DNA of 64,000 nucleotides, taken from assembly GCA_963676565.1 (NCBI GenBank), contig OY781089.1, positions 416,001 through 480,000 of the forward strand. Reading direction: 5' to 3'. The translations under genes were made by a program, and so were the position numbers. Below, piece after piece: positions 20,282 to 30,243 of the stretch (the stretch's first letter is position 1; each line of letters opens with the position of its first letter). The stretch is from Halarcobacter sp. GTDB lineage: Bacteria; Campylobacterota; Campylobacteria; Campylobacterales; Arcobacteraceae. The notes beneath the pieces are model-generated. The model did not search any database. It had not been told where the DNA came from and worked only from the letters and a program-made list of their open reading frames with translations.

Positions 20282-21846
20282 TGACTAAAATCACTAAAAA
20301 AGAGTTATTTAATTTATTAAGAGCTAGACATCAAGGGGAAAAGTACACAAAACTTGCTGAACTTCCAACCCCTGATAGCTTCAAAGATATCGACAAGGCT
20401 TCAAAAAGAATTAAAGAAGCTATAAGAAGCAACGAACAAATCACTATTGTAGGTGATTATGATGTTGATGGTGTTGTTTCAACTACTATTATTGTTGATT
20501 TTTTTAGAAAAATTGGTGTAAATGTAAATTACATTATCCCTAATAGATTTGAACACGGTTATGGATTAAGCCCTAAAATAGTTGATATGATTAATGAAGG
20601 TTTAGTAATAACTGTAGACAATGGTATTTCAGCTTGTAAAGCAGCAATAAAACTAAAAGAAAAAAACATTGATTTAATCATAACAGACCATCATACAGTT
20701 GGTAGTGAAATCCCAAATGCATATGCTATTATAAATCCTAAACAAGAAGATTGCACCTTCCCTTTTAAAGATATTTGTGGAGCTCAAGTTGCTTGGTATT
20801 TATGTGCTTCACTAAAAAAAGAACTTGATCTTGATATAAATCTACAAGAGTTTTTTGATCTTTTATGTGTGGCTATTATTGCTGATATTATGCCAATGAC
20901 AAGTCTTAACTATACCATGGTTAGACAAGGTTTAAAGATGATAAAAAAATCAACTAGACCTGCTTTTATGAAGATAAATGAGATGATGCAAAAAGACTTG
21001 TATGTATCAGATGACATTGGTTTTACAATTGCACCAAAGATAAATAGTGCAGGAAGAATGGATGACGCTTCAGTAGCCTTAGCTTTTTTACTTTCACAAA
21101 ATCAATATGAAGCCAATGATGCACTACAAATGCTAGAAGAGCTAAATTGCTACAGAAAAACTTTACAAGAAGAGATTTCACAAAAAGCAAATAATGCAAC
21201 AAACCCTCAAGATAATGCAGTTGTAGTTTGGGGAGAAGATTGGCATGAAGGTGTTATAGGTATTGTTGCTTCAAAACTATCAAATTCGTATAAAAAGCCT
21301 GCTTTTATTTTCTCAATAAAAAATGGAATTGCAAAGGGAAGTGCTAGAGCAAATGCGAATATAAATCTTCATACAATTATAACTGAAACCGCTGATTTAC
21401 TTATAGGGTTTGGTGGTCATAAAAATGCTGCTGGATTATCCCTTGAAGCTAAAAATCTAGAAGAGTTTAAAAATAGAATAAACCAACTTTTAAATGTGGA
21501 GCCTGAAGAATTACATATAGAACATGATGTTTTAGGTGAACTTGATGTATCAAGTGTTGACTTAGAATTTTTAGATATTATTGAAAAATTTGAACCCTAT
21601 GGATTACAAAACCATAGGCCTATTTTTAAAATTAGCAATTCAAAAGTGATTAGATCAGAGCTTTTTGGCAAAGATAAAAACCATTTAAAATTAACTCTAA
21701 ATAACAATGGATATGTTTTTGAGGCTTTAAGATTTCATGCAGATAGAAAGATTTTAGCAGATTATATTGATATGGTTGTATCAGTAAATAAAAATGAATT
21801 TAGAGGGCAAATAAACCCTCAGTTTTTGATTCAGGATATATTATAA
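20281..21846 (+). CDS. recJ: Single-stranded-DNA-specific exonuclease RecJ
   Basis: GDYDVDG, TVDNG, TDHH, PKINSAGRM, GGHKNAAG. Confidence 0.96.
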   Translation: MTKITKKELFNLLRARHQGEKYTKLAELPTPDSFKDIDKASKRIKEAIRSNEQITIVGDYDVDGVVSTTIIVDFFRKIGVNVNYIIPNRFEHGYGLSPKIVDMINEGLVITVDNGISACKAAIKLKEKNIDLIITDHHTVGSEIPNAYAIINPKQEDCTFPFKDICGAQVAWYLCASLKKELDLDINLQEFFDLLCVAIIADIMPMTSLNYTMVRQGLKMIKKSTRPAFMKINEMMQKDLYVSDDIGFTIAPKINSAGRMDDASVALAFLLSQNQYEANDALQMLEELNCYRKTLQEEISQKANNATNPQDNAVVVWGEDWHEGVIGIVASKLSNSYKKPAFIFSIKNGIAKGSARANANINLHTIITETADLLIGFGGHKNAAGLSLEAKNLEEFKNRINQLLNVEPEELHIEHDVLGELDVSSVDLEFLDIIEKFEPYGLQNHRPIFKISNSKVIRSELFGKDKNHLKLTLNNNGYVFEALRFHADRKILADYIDMVVSVNKNEFRGQINPQFLIQDIL

Positions 21847-22449
21847 GACCATTGGTGTAATTACATGTGGTCTTCTACTTTCCTTTTCCATTTCTCTAAT
21901 CTCACCATCCATTAGAGTTGAGCCTGTTGCTGAACTTAATATTGTTCCATTTTGGATATCAACTAATCTCATAAATACAATTAAACTCTCTTTTGTAAAA
22001 GTATAACTTCCAATAAGTGCATATTGACTATCTAATTCATTTTGAATGATTTCACTATGTTTTCTTGTAAGCATATTAAATCCACTTTTACCATATTGGA
22101 AATATCTACTTAGCTCAACTTGTTTAATTATAATTCCTCTATTTGAAATAGAGTTTTTTAAATTTTCAGCTAATAAAAAACCTAATTTTGATTTATTGTT
22201 TAATTTCTCAATATTTACAAAATCTGAAATTAATACAACCTCATCTTTTAATGTAGTTAAAATTTTCTTTTCTTGCTTTTTGACTAAACTTTCAACTAAA
22301 GACCCAAAACTGTTTGCGCCACTTAAATCTTTATGGTTTATAATTGCAAAATCTTTAACAACTAAATTAGGTTGTGAACAAGAAATGAAAGATATAGGAA
22401 GTATTAAAAGTGTAAAAACTTTTAATACTTTGAAAAATTGAAGTTTCAT
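21841..22449 (-). CDS. FlgO-family outer-membrane lipoprotein
   Basis: Lipobox FISC; ISDFVNI, LGFLLAENL, LTR, LIGSYT, MRLVDIQNGTILSSA. Confidence 0.75.
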   Translation of the reverse strand: MKLQFFKVLKVFTLLILPISFISCSQPNLVVKDFAIINHKDLSGANSFGSLVESLVKKQEKKILTTLKDEVVLISDFVNIEKLNNKSKLGFLLAENLKNSISNRGIIIKQVELSRYFQYGKSGFNMLTRKHSEIIQNELDSQYALIGSYTFTKESLIVFMRLVDIQNGTILSSATGSTLMDGEIREMEKESRRPHVITPMVL

Positions 22450-22454
22450 TAAAT

Positions 22455-23162
22455 CTATTTTTCTTCTATAATTTTAATAGTTCTTGCAGGTTGACAATCT
22501 TTGAAAATTAAACAGTCATTTTTCATATTATGGTTATATGTTGCCCTTGCACTTGTTATTATTCTTCCTGTAATATTGTCCATTACCCTTGCGTTTAACA
22601 TAACCTTACCATACTGTCTTGAGTAAGTTCCCACTACAACATAAGTATTTGGAACTTTATCTTTTAGTTTATGAGGGTTTCTTGTAATAAAATATTCACC
22701 TCTTTCATTAATTGAAACAGCCATTTGACCTCTATATTCAATTATATTGAAACCTCTATTTGACATCTCATTAATCAAACTTTCACTAACAATTCTTCCA
22801 AACTCAGTTGTTCTTTTAAAATTGTCTAATCTAACAAATGATGTGATTAAAACAGGTTTGCTAGTTGACATTTTTTGATTTCTCATCATTTGTGTAGCCA
22901 ATGAATTAATTGTAGCTTCTAAAGTAGATTGAGAAGTGATATTCATTTGCCTATCATTTGCAATTTGAATATGTTGTTTTGTAATTTGAACATCTTGATT
23001 TTCTTTTTCAACATTCTTATCAACATACGTTTTTTGTTCAGTACTTTTTGTAGTATTTGTTTTACTTGTATTTTCTGAACTTGTAAGATTTGAAAGACTA
23101 CATCCTGCAAATAAAGATACAGAGGCAATTACAAGACATGATTTAGCAAAAGTTTTAAGCAT
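22455..23162 (-). CDS. FlgO-family outer-membrane lipoprotein
   Basis: Lipobox FAGC; ITSFVRLD, FGRIVSESL, GFNIIEYR, VVGTYS, NARVMD. Confidence 0.8.
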   Translation of the reverse strand: MLKTFAKSCLVIASVSLFAGCSLSNLTSSENTSKTNTTKSTEQKTYVDKNVEKENQDVQITKQHIQIANDRQMNITSQSTLEATINSLATQMMRNQKMSTSKPVLITSFVRLDNFKRTTEFGRIVSESLINEMSNRGFNIIEYRGQMAVSINERGEYFITRNPHKLKDKVPNTYVVVGTYSRQYGKVMLNARVMDNITGRIITSARATYNHNMKNDCLIFKDCQPARTIKIIEEK

Positions 23163-23304
23163 AAAATCCCCTTTTTATAGTTCTTAAGATTTTATTAAAA
23201 AATAACTTATATTTTCTTAAAAACCTAACCAAAAGACCCCTTACAAAGTCCCATTTTTTCAAACTTATGATAAAATCTCAATTATATTAGAAAAAGGAGT
23301 TTAT

Positions 23305-23859
23305 ATGTCAAAAGTTTTAGTAATAATTTCTAGTGGATTTGAAGAGATTGAAACTGTTTCAATCATTGATATTTTAAGAAGAGCAAAGGTTGATGTAACT
23401 ATAGCAACAATCAATGATATATTTACACAAGGGGCTCATTCAATTACAATAAAAGCAGATGAAAAGCTTGAAAATGTTTCTGATTTAAATAGCTTTGATA
23501 TGGTAGCTCTTCCAGGAGGAGCACAAAACTGTCAGAATCTAGCTAGCTCACAACTTGTAAAAGATACTTTACAAAAAATGAAAGACTCTGATAAATACGT
23601 AACAGCTATTTGTGCCTCGCCCTATGCTTTACATGAGGCAAAGGTTTTAAATAATACTTATACTTGTTATCCTAGTTTTGAGAAAAAAATTGATTCGGCT
23701 ACATATACAGACAAACAAGATGTTGTAATAGATGAAAAAGTTATTACTTCAAGGGGACCAGCAACAGCAATGCAATTTGCTTTAGAATTAGTAAAAACCT
23801 TAGAAGGGGAAGAGACTTTTAAAAATATAAAAGATGGACTTTTAGTTTCACATTTTTAG
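23305..23859 (+). CDS. DJ-1/PfpI (YajL/ThiJ) family glyoxalase/deglycase
   Basis: GFEEIE, LPGG, AICASP, TCYP, ITSRGPATA. Confidence 0.93.
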   Translation: MSKVLVIISSGFEEIETVSIIDILRRAKVDVTIATINDIFTQGAHSITIKADEKLENVSDLNSFDMVALPGGAQNCQNLASSQLVKDTLQKMKDSDKYVTAICASPYALHEAKVLNNTYTCYPSFEKKIDSATYTDKQDVVIDEKVITSRGPATAMQFALELVKTLEGEETFKNIKDGLLVSHF

Positions 23860-24999
23860 TTTTTCTAAAATCTCTTGATTTTTATTCCAAAAATCTAAAA
23901 AACTATGGGAGATAGATTTATCTCTCATAAAATAATAGGCTTTTTCTTTTTTTGAATAATAAACCTCATCTTTTTTTGACATTTTTAAAATAGCTTCACT
24001 TAATTGGGTTTCATTATCTAAATCTATTATATATCCACAATCATCTTTTACAAAAGTTTTTGGTCCCCCTTTATTTGTAACAATAACAGGAATTCCTGAT
24101 GACATAGCTTCCATAACAACTTGCCCTAGAGTATCTGTAGTTGAAGGGAAAATAAAACAATCACTTGAAGCATAAAGTTGAGATAATTCTAACTCTTGCT
24201 TCCTACCAACTAAAGTGATATTACTTTTTTTTAGTTCATCTTTATTTAAAAACTCAATCTCTTTATCTCCAACAAGAATTAATTCACACTCTTTAAAGAA
24301 ATTTTCTTTCCAGACCTTTAAAAGAATATCAACATTTTTTTCAACAGAAATTCTACCTGTATATAAAAATTTAAACCTATTTTGTTGGATACCATACTTT
24401 TCCCAGATTGAATCATCTTTAAACTTTTTATCAAAATTTTTTATATCAATCCCCGCTTTTAAAATATATAAATCTTCTTTTTTGAAATTTAGTTGATCTT
24501 CAATGGTTTTAAAATATTCTTCTGACCTAGAAAAAAGAGCTTTATAGCTTCTATAAAATAGTTTTAAAAATAAAATAGTCCCATTTTTGACAAATTTACT
24601 TTTTGTATTTTTGTACATATAAGCAGGAAAATCTGTGTGATAAATCCCAACAACTGGTATTTTAAGTATTTTCGCACTAATAAGTGCACACAAACCAACA
24701 GTCCCTGGAGTTGATATATGTAACAAATCAGGGTTTAATTTTTTTATCTCTTTTTTTATTTTAAAAAAATTTGGCATAACTAAATCCAATGATTTATAAA
24801 AAGGCATTTTCATAGTAAATATAGGCTTGATATTTTTTATATTAGATATTTTTTCATAATGGTTTTTTTTAGTTGATGTAATAACATAAAAATCTTTTTT
24901 TAAAACTAAGGCTTCCTTTGAAAAATCCTGGATAAATCTTGAAACACCATTAACATCATATACAGTATCACTTACTAAACAAATTTTTATTTTTTCCAT
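23848..24999 (-). CDS. GT4-family glycosyltransferase (Agt/SqdX-like glycolipid synthase)
   Basis: SDTVYDVNGV, HISTPG, YHTDFPAY, GRISVEKN, FPSTTDTLGQVVMEAMSSG. Confidence 0.85.
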   Translation of the reverse strand: MEKIKICLVSDTVYDVNGVSRFIQDFSKEALVLKKDFYVITSTKKNHYEKISNIKNIKPIFTMKMPFYKSLDLVMPNFFKIKKEIKKLNPDLLHISTPGTVGLCALISAKILKIPVVGIYHTDFPAYMYKNTKSKFVKNGTILFLKLFYRSYKALFSRSEEYFKTIEDQLNFKKEDLYILKAGIDIKNFDKKFKDDSIWEKYGIQQNRFKFLYTGRISVEKNVDILLKVWKENFFKECELILVGDKEIEFLNKDELKKSNITLVGRKQELELSQLYASSDCFIFPSTTDTLGQVVMEAMSSGIPVIVTNKGGPKTFVKDDCGYIIDLDNETQLSEAILKMSKKDEVYYSKKEKAYYFMRDKSISHSFLDFWNKNQEILEKLKM

Positions 25000-25010
25000 T
25001 TAAATATTCT

Positions 25011-25066
25011 ATTACTTGTTGATTACATGGGTGTTACATGTTATTAAGTTGTAATCAAAGGGTAAT
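25011..25066. promoter_or_regulatory. 11-bp-phased GTAA(T/C) direct repeats in both orientations (OmpR/PhoB-type box candidates)
   Basis: attac at 25011, attac at 25022, gttac at 25033 (minus strand GTAAY x3); gtaat at 25051 and 25062 (plus strand). Confidence 0.55.
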
Positions 25067-25078
25067 AAAATCCATTTC

Positions 25079-25816
25079 ATGAAATACAAAAGCATATTTA
25101 TATCAGATGTCCATTTAGGGACAAAATTTTCAAATACGAAAAAACTTTTAGACTTTTTTAAAAATAATGAAAGTGAAAATCTATTTTTAGTAGGTGATAT
25201 TATTGATGGATGGGCTATAAAAAGAAAATTCATATGGCCTCAATCTCACTCTGATGTTATTCAAAAAATATTGAAAAGAGCTAGAAAAGGTTGTAATGTA
25301 GTATTTATAACCGGTAATCATGATGAGTTTTTAAGACCTTTTGTTCCATTAGTTTTAGGAAATTCTTTGGATATAAAAAATGAGATTGAATACACTGCAA
25401 TAAATGGAGAAAAATATTTAGTTACCCATGGAGACTTTTATGATTCAATCACTATGACAAAAAGATGGCTTGCCGTTATAGGTGATTATGGATATGACTT
25501 TTTATTAAATTTAAATCAAATATTTAATGTTATTAGATTAAGATTAGGTATTAAATCAAAGTGGTCCCTTTCTAAATATATAAAAGATAATGTTAAACAA
25601 TCTGTTTCATTTATAACTGACTTTGAAGATACTTTAGCAAGCCATGCAAAACATAAGGGATACAAAGGTATCATTTGTGGACACATTCATAAAGCTGAAA
25701 TTAAAGATATAAATACAATAGAATATATCAATTGTGGAGACTGGGTTGAGTCTTGTACTGCTATTGTTGAAACATATGAAGGTGAGTTTAAAATTATTAA
25801 CTGGTTAGAGGATTAA
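25079..25816 (+). CDS. Metallophosphoesterase, LpxH2/PlcP-like (usually annotated UDP-2,3-diacylglucosamine diphosphatase)
   Basis: SDVHLG, LVGDIIDGW, WPQSHSDVIQKIL, GNHDE, HGD, CGHIH, NCGDWVESCTA. Confidence 0.85.
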   Translation: MKYKSIFISDVHLGTKFSNTKKLLDFFKNNESENLFLVGDIIDGWAIKRKFIWPQSHSDVIQKILKRARKGCNVVFITGNHDEFLRPFVPLVLGNSLDIKNEIEYTAINGEKYLVTHGDFYDSITMTKRWLAVIGDYGYDFLLNLNQIFNVIRLRLGIKSKWSLSKYIKDNVKQSVSFITDFEDTLASHAKHKGYKGIICGHIHKAEIKDINTIEYINCGDWVESCTAIVETYEGEFKIINWLED

Positions 25817-26592
25817 TGGATAAAAAATTAGCTATTACTTTAGGTGGAGGTGCTGCAAGAGGTGCTTTTCATCTTGGTGTCTTAGATTTTATGGAAGAGA
25901 ATAATATCCAAATTGATGCCTATTCAGGTAGTTCAATTGGAGCTATTATTTCAGCATCACACTCATCAGGGGTAAAAGCAAAAGAACAATTAAAAATATT
26001 CTCTTCAAAAGAGTTAAAAAGTGTTTTAAAATTCAACTATTTTAAAAATGGTTTATTAAAAATTGAAAGAAACCACAAGATATTAAACGACTTACTTCCC
26101 GTTTCAAGACTTGAAGAAATGCCAAAAAAAGTATATGTGACTGCCTATGATTTGAAAAAAAGGCAATTACACTATTTTGATAAAGGGGATTCTCATATTT
26201 TATGTATGGCATCAAGTGCTTTAATCCCACTGTTTAAACCAATCTCTTATGAAAATATGTATCTAATTGATGGTGGACTTTTTGATTGTTTACCAATAAA
26301 AGTTTTTAAAAAAGAAGAATATGAAGTTTTTGCAATTGACCTTTTCCCAAAGGGTCATAGAAAAATTAAAAAATTTAAATTAAACCCTATTAAATATTTG
26401 AAAAAAGGTCTTTTCACACAACTTTATGCAAATCATTCATACTCTATTTTAAATTCAAATACATATCTAGGAAGTTATGAAATAAGAGATTATTCAATGT
26501 TTACCTTCAAAGAATTAAATGACTGCTTTAACTTTGGATATAAAGAAGCAAAAAAGATTTTTCTAACTAATAAATCTACTCTTAAAGTATAA
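25816..26592 (+). CDS. Patatin-like phospholipase
   Basis: GGGAARG, GSSIG (GxSxG), DGG; TAATG coupling to the upstream gene. Confidence 0.92.
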   Translation: MDKKLAITLGGGAARGAFHLGVLDFMEENNIQIDAYSGSSIGAIISASHSSGVKAKEQLKIFSSKELKSVLKFNYFKNGLLKIERNHKILNDLLPVSRLEEMPKKVYVTAYDLKKRQLHYFDKGDSHILCMASSALIPLFKPISYENMYLIDGGLFDCLPIKVFKKEEYEVFAIDLFPKGHRKIKKFKLNPIKYLKKGLFTQLYANHSYSILNSNTYLGSYEIRDYSMFTFKELNDCFNFGYKEAKKIFLTNKSTLKV

Positions 26593-26676
26593 AATTAACC
26601 CCTAGATTTTTTTAAGACTTTTATGTGTCATTGGATATAATCACAAAAAATTAAATCTATACAAAAAGTTAAAAAC

Positions 26677-29600
26677 ATGTCACAAACTCCACAATTTACA
26701 CACTTACATTTACATACAGAATATTCACTTTTAGATGGTGCCAATAAAATTAAACCCCTTGCAAAAAAAGTAAAAGCAATGGGGATGACAAGTGTTGCAA
26801 TGACAGACCATGGTAACATGTTTGGAGCCATTGACTTTTATAATGCAATGAGAGCAGAAGGTATAAAACCAATCATTGGTATGGAAGCATATATTCACAA
26901 TTCAGAAGATGTTGGCGATAAAACAAATAGACAAAGATTTCACCTATGTTTATATGCAAAAAATGATACAGGATATAAAAACTTAATGTACCTTTCTTCA
27001 CAAGCATATATGTATGGTTTTTATTATTACCCAAGAATAAACAAAAAACTTCTAAGAGAAAATAGTGAAGGACTAGTTTGCTCTGCTGCTTGTTTACAAG
27101 GGGAGATTAACTGGCATCTAAATTTGCAAAATGAAAGAAATGTTAAAAATGGTGCAAAAGGTTATGAAGCTGCAAAAAATATCGCTTTAGAGTACAAAGA
27201 GATTTTTGGGGATGATTTCTACCTTGAAATTATGAGACACGGTATTGGAGATCAACACTTTGTTGATGACCAAATCTTAAAAATTGCACATGAGACTGGT
27301 ATAAAAGTGGTAGCCACAAATGATACCCACTATCTAGAGCAAAAAGATGCTGATGCCCATGAAGCATTTATGTGTATTGCCATGAATAAACTTTATGATG
27401 ACCCAAATAGATTAAGACATAGTGTTCATGAATTTTATTTAAAATCTCCAGAACAAATAGCAAGACTTTATGCAGATATTCCAGAAGCAATTGAATCAAC
27501 TCAAGAGATAGCTGATAAATGTAATTTAGAGATAAAATTAGGTAACCCTACTCCACCAAACTTCAAATTTACAAGGGATAAATTAAAAGAGCAAAACCTT
27601 GAAATACCATTTCCCGATGAGGAATACTCTTTAGAAAATGATAAAGCACTTTTTATTCATGAGTGTTGGAAAGGTTTAGAAGATAGACTTAAAATTGTAC
27701 CTCCTGAGAAGCATCAAGAGTACAGAGATAGATTACAAGTTGAAATTGATATTATCAATAATATGAAATTCCCTGGATATATGCTTATTGTTTGGGACTT
27801 CGTTATTGTTGCAAAACAAATGAAAATCCCAGTTGGACCTGGAAGGGGTTCAGCTGCAGGAAGTTTAGTTGCATATTCTTTATATATTACAGATATTGAC
27901 CCTATGCCATATGGTTTACTTTTTGAGAGATTTCTAAATCCAGAAAGGGTATCGATGCCAGATATCGATATGGACTTCTGTCAAAGTAGAAGAGGTGAAA
28001 TTATTGATTATGTTGTTCAACAATATGGTCGTGCCAATGTTGCACAAATCATTACCTTTGGTAAACTTCTTGCAAAAGGGGTTATTAGAGATGTTGCTAG
28101 AGTTTTAGATATGCCTTACTCAAAAGCTGATGCCATGGCAAAACTTATTCCAGATGAATTAGGAATAAACCTAAGTGATTCATGGGAGAAAGAACCAAAA
28201 ATCAAAGAGCTTTGTGAAACAGACCCTTTGTCAAAAAGAACTTGGGAATTTGCTTTAGCTTTAGAAGGATTAAATAGAAATGCTGGTACTCACGCCGCTG
28301 GAGTTGTTATTTCAAATGAGCCTTTATGGAAAAAAACCCCATTATTTAAACCAAGTGGATTAGATACACTTGCAACACAATATAATGGTAAATATGTTGA
28401 AGACGTTGACTTAATTAAATTCGACTTCTTAGGTCTTAAAACCCTTACAGTAATTGAAGAAGCAAATAAACTTGTAGAAAAAAGACATGGGAAAAGAATC
28501 AACTTCATACTTGAAGATGTAAATGATCCTGGAGTTTACGAGCTGATTCAGTCGGGAAATACAATTGGATTATTCCAGATAGAATCTGCTGGTATGCAAG
28601 ACCTTGCAAAAAGATTAAAACCTTCAGGATTTGAAGATATTATTGCGATGCTTGCACTTTATAGACCAGGTCCAATGGAGTCAGGGATGCTTGATGACTT
28701 TATTGATAGAAAGCATGGACGAGCAGAAATATCTTATTTCTATGATGAATTTGTTGAGCCTTTAAAACCAATCCTTGAACCAACATATGGGGTTATTGTT
28801 TACCAAGAGCAAGTTATGCAAATTGTACAAACTATTGGTGGATTTAGCCTTGGTGGTGCCGACTTAGTTAGACGGGCAATGGGTAAAAAGATTAAAGAGG
28901 AGATGGATAGACTAAAAGGTGAATTTGCTGAAGGTGGAGTAAAAAAAGGTTATGTAAAAGAGCATTGTGAAGAGCTTTTCGACCTGATTGTAAAATTTGC
29001 CGGATATGGATTTAATAAATCTCACTCAGCAGCTTATGGACTTGTAACTTTCTATACAAGTTTTCTAAAAAAATATTACCCTACAGAGTTTATGGCAGCT
29101 TTACTTACACTTGAAAAAGATAATACAGATAAAGTTGTAAAGTATGTGGACGAAGTTAAAAGAATGGGAATTGAACTATTCCCACCTGATATTAATAAAT
29201 CTTTCTCTGTATTTTCAGCAAGACAAACAGATGGACAAGAAGTAGTAATGTTTGGTATGGGTGCCATAAAAGGTGCTGGGGATGTAGCAATTAACCAAAT
29301 TATTAAAGAAAGAGATGAAAATGGTGAGTTTAAAGATTTATCTGATTTTATCTCTAGAATTGATGGTAGTAAAGTAAATAAAAGAGTTATTGAAGCCTTA
29401 ATCAAAGCTGGTGCTTTAGATGGTTTTCACTATTCAAGAAAAGCAATGTTAGAACAAATTGAGATAATTGGTGAAACTGTTGGAAAGGCAATGCTTGCTA
29501 AAAAGATGTCAACTGGTTCTTTATTTGGAGATAGCGAAGAATTAACAAGGGTAGAAATAGAACTTGAACATCTTCCTGAGTTTGAACCAAAGGAGATTTT

Positions 29601-30243
29601 AGAGTTTGAAAAAGCCTCATTAGGTTTTTATGTATCTGGACATCCCCTTGATGGATATAGAGATGAACTAGATAAAATTAAATATACCCTAAGTTCAGCA
29701 ATTGACGAAGTTGCAGATGGTTCACAAGCTCTTATAATTGGAAAGATTGAAGGGATAACTCAAAAAATCTCTAAAAAAGGTAATAAATTTGGTATAGCAA
29801 ATGTACTTGACCTTCACGGAAATATTGAGATTATGCTTTTTGAAAATAGGTTAAAAGAGTTAGAAGATGACTTTGGTATCGATTTATCTAATCCATGGGA
29901 TTCAGAGCCAATTGCCTTTAAAGTAAAGGTTACTAAAGATGGTGACTTTACAAGAATGAATATTCTAAAAATCGAATCTTTAGAAGATGCAAAAAAAGAC
30001 AAGATTAAAACAAAACGTATTGAAAAAGAGGAGCCCCCATTAACAATTGCACTTCCCCATACAGATAATGCAGATAGTGTATACAAACTATTTGATATTG
30101 TTGCAAATAATCAAGGGAAACGCCCCCTTAAAATTGTTGTAAAAGCAAAACTAGCTGACATAGAATTAGAAAGTGGCTTTAGTGTAACTTCTAAAGTAGA
30201 AGAATTAATAAAAAGTATTGATGGAGCATATGTAGTAGCATGA
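26677..30243 (+). CDS. dnaE: DNA polymerase III alpha subunit
   Basis: HLHTEYSLLDG, TDHGN, GRGSAAGS, ERVSMPDIDMDF, YGFNKSH; no intein visible. Confidence 0.98.
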   Translation: MSQTPQFTHLHLHTEYSLLDGANKIKPLAKKVKAMGMTSVAMTDHGNMFGAIDFYNAMRAEGIKPIIGMEAYIHNSEDVGDKTNRQRFHLCLYAKNDTGYKNLMYLSSQAYMYGFYYYPRINKKLLRENSEGLVCSAACLQGEINWHLNLQNERNVKNGAKGYEAAKNIALEYKEIFGDDFYLEIMRHGIGDQHFVDDQILKIAHETGIKVVATNDTHYLEQKDADAHEAFMCIAMNKLYDDPNRLRHSVHEFYLKSPEQIARLYADIPEAIESTQEIADKCNLEIKLGNPTPPNFKFTRDKLKEQNLEIPFPDEEYSLENDKALFIHECWKGLEDRLKIVPPEKHQEYRDRLQVEIDIINNMKFPGYMLIVWDFVIVAKQMKIPVGPGRGSAAGSLVAYSLYITDIDPMPYGLLFERFLNPERVSMPDIDMDFCQSRRGEIIDYVVQQYGRANVAQIITFGKLLAKGVIRDVARVLDMPYSKADAMAKLIPDELGINLSDSWEKEPKIKELCETDPLSKRTWEFALALEGLNRNAGTHAAGVVISNEPLWKKTPLFKPSGLDTLATQYNGKYVEDVDLIKFDFLGLKTLTVIEEANKLVEKRHGKRINFILEDVNDPGVYELIQSGNTIGLFQIESAGMQDLAKRLKPSGFEDIIAMLALYRPGPMESGMLDDFIDRKHGRAEISYFYDEFVEPLKPILEPTYGVIVYQEQVMQIVQTIGGFSLGGADLVRRAMGKKIKEEMDRLKGEFAEGGVKKGYVKEHCEELFDLIVKFAGYGFNKSHSAAYGLVTFYTSFLKKYYPTEFMAALLTLEKDNTDKVVKYVDEVKRMGIELFPPDINKSFSVFSARQTDGQEVVMFGMGAIKGAGDVAINQIIKERDENGEFKDLSDFISRIDGSKVNKRVIEALIKAGALDGFHYSRKAMLEQIEIIGETVGKAMLAKKMSTGSLFGDSEELTRVEIELEHLPEFEPKEILEFEKASLGFYVSGHPLDGYRDELDKIKYTLSSAIDEVADGSQALIIGKIEGITQKISKKGNKFGIANVLDLHGNIEIMLFENRLKELEDDFGIDLSNPWDSEPIAFKVKVTKDGDFTRMNILKIESLEDAKKDKIKTKRIEKEEPPLTIALPHTDNADSVYKLFDIVANNQGKRPLKIVVKAKLADIELESGFSVTSKVEELIKSIDGAYVVA

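Noticed and set aside
26677..30243. Possible intein in DnaE
   Set aside because: Length 1188 aa is normal and the usual insertion site (GYGFNKSH) is uninterrupted.
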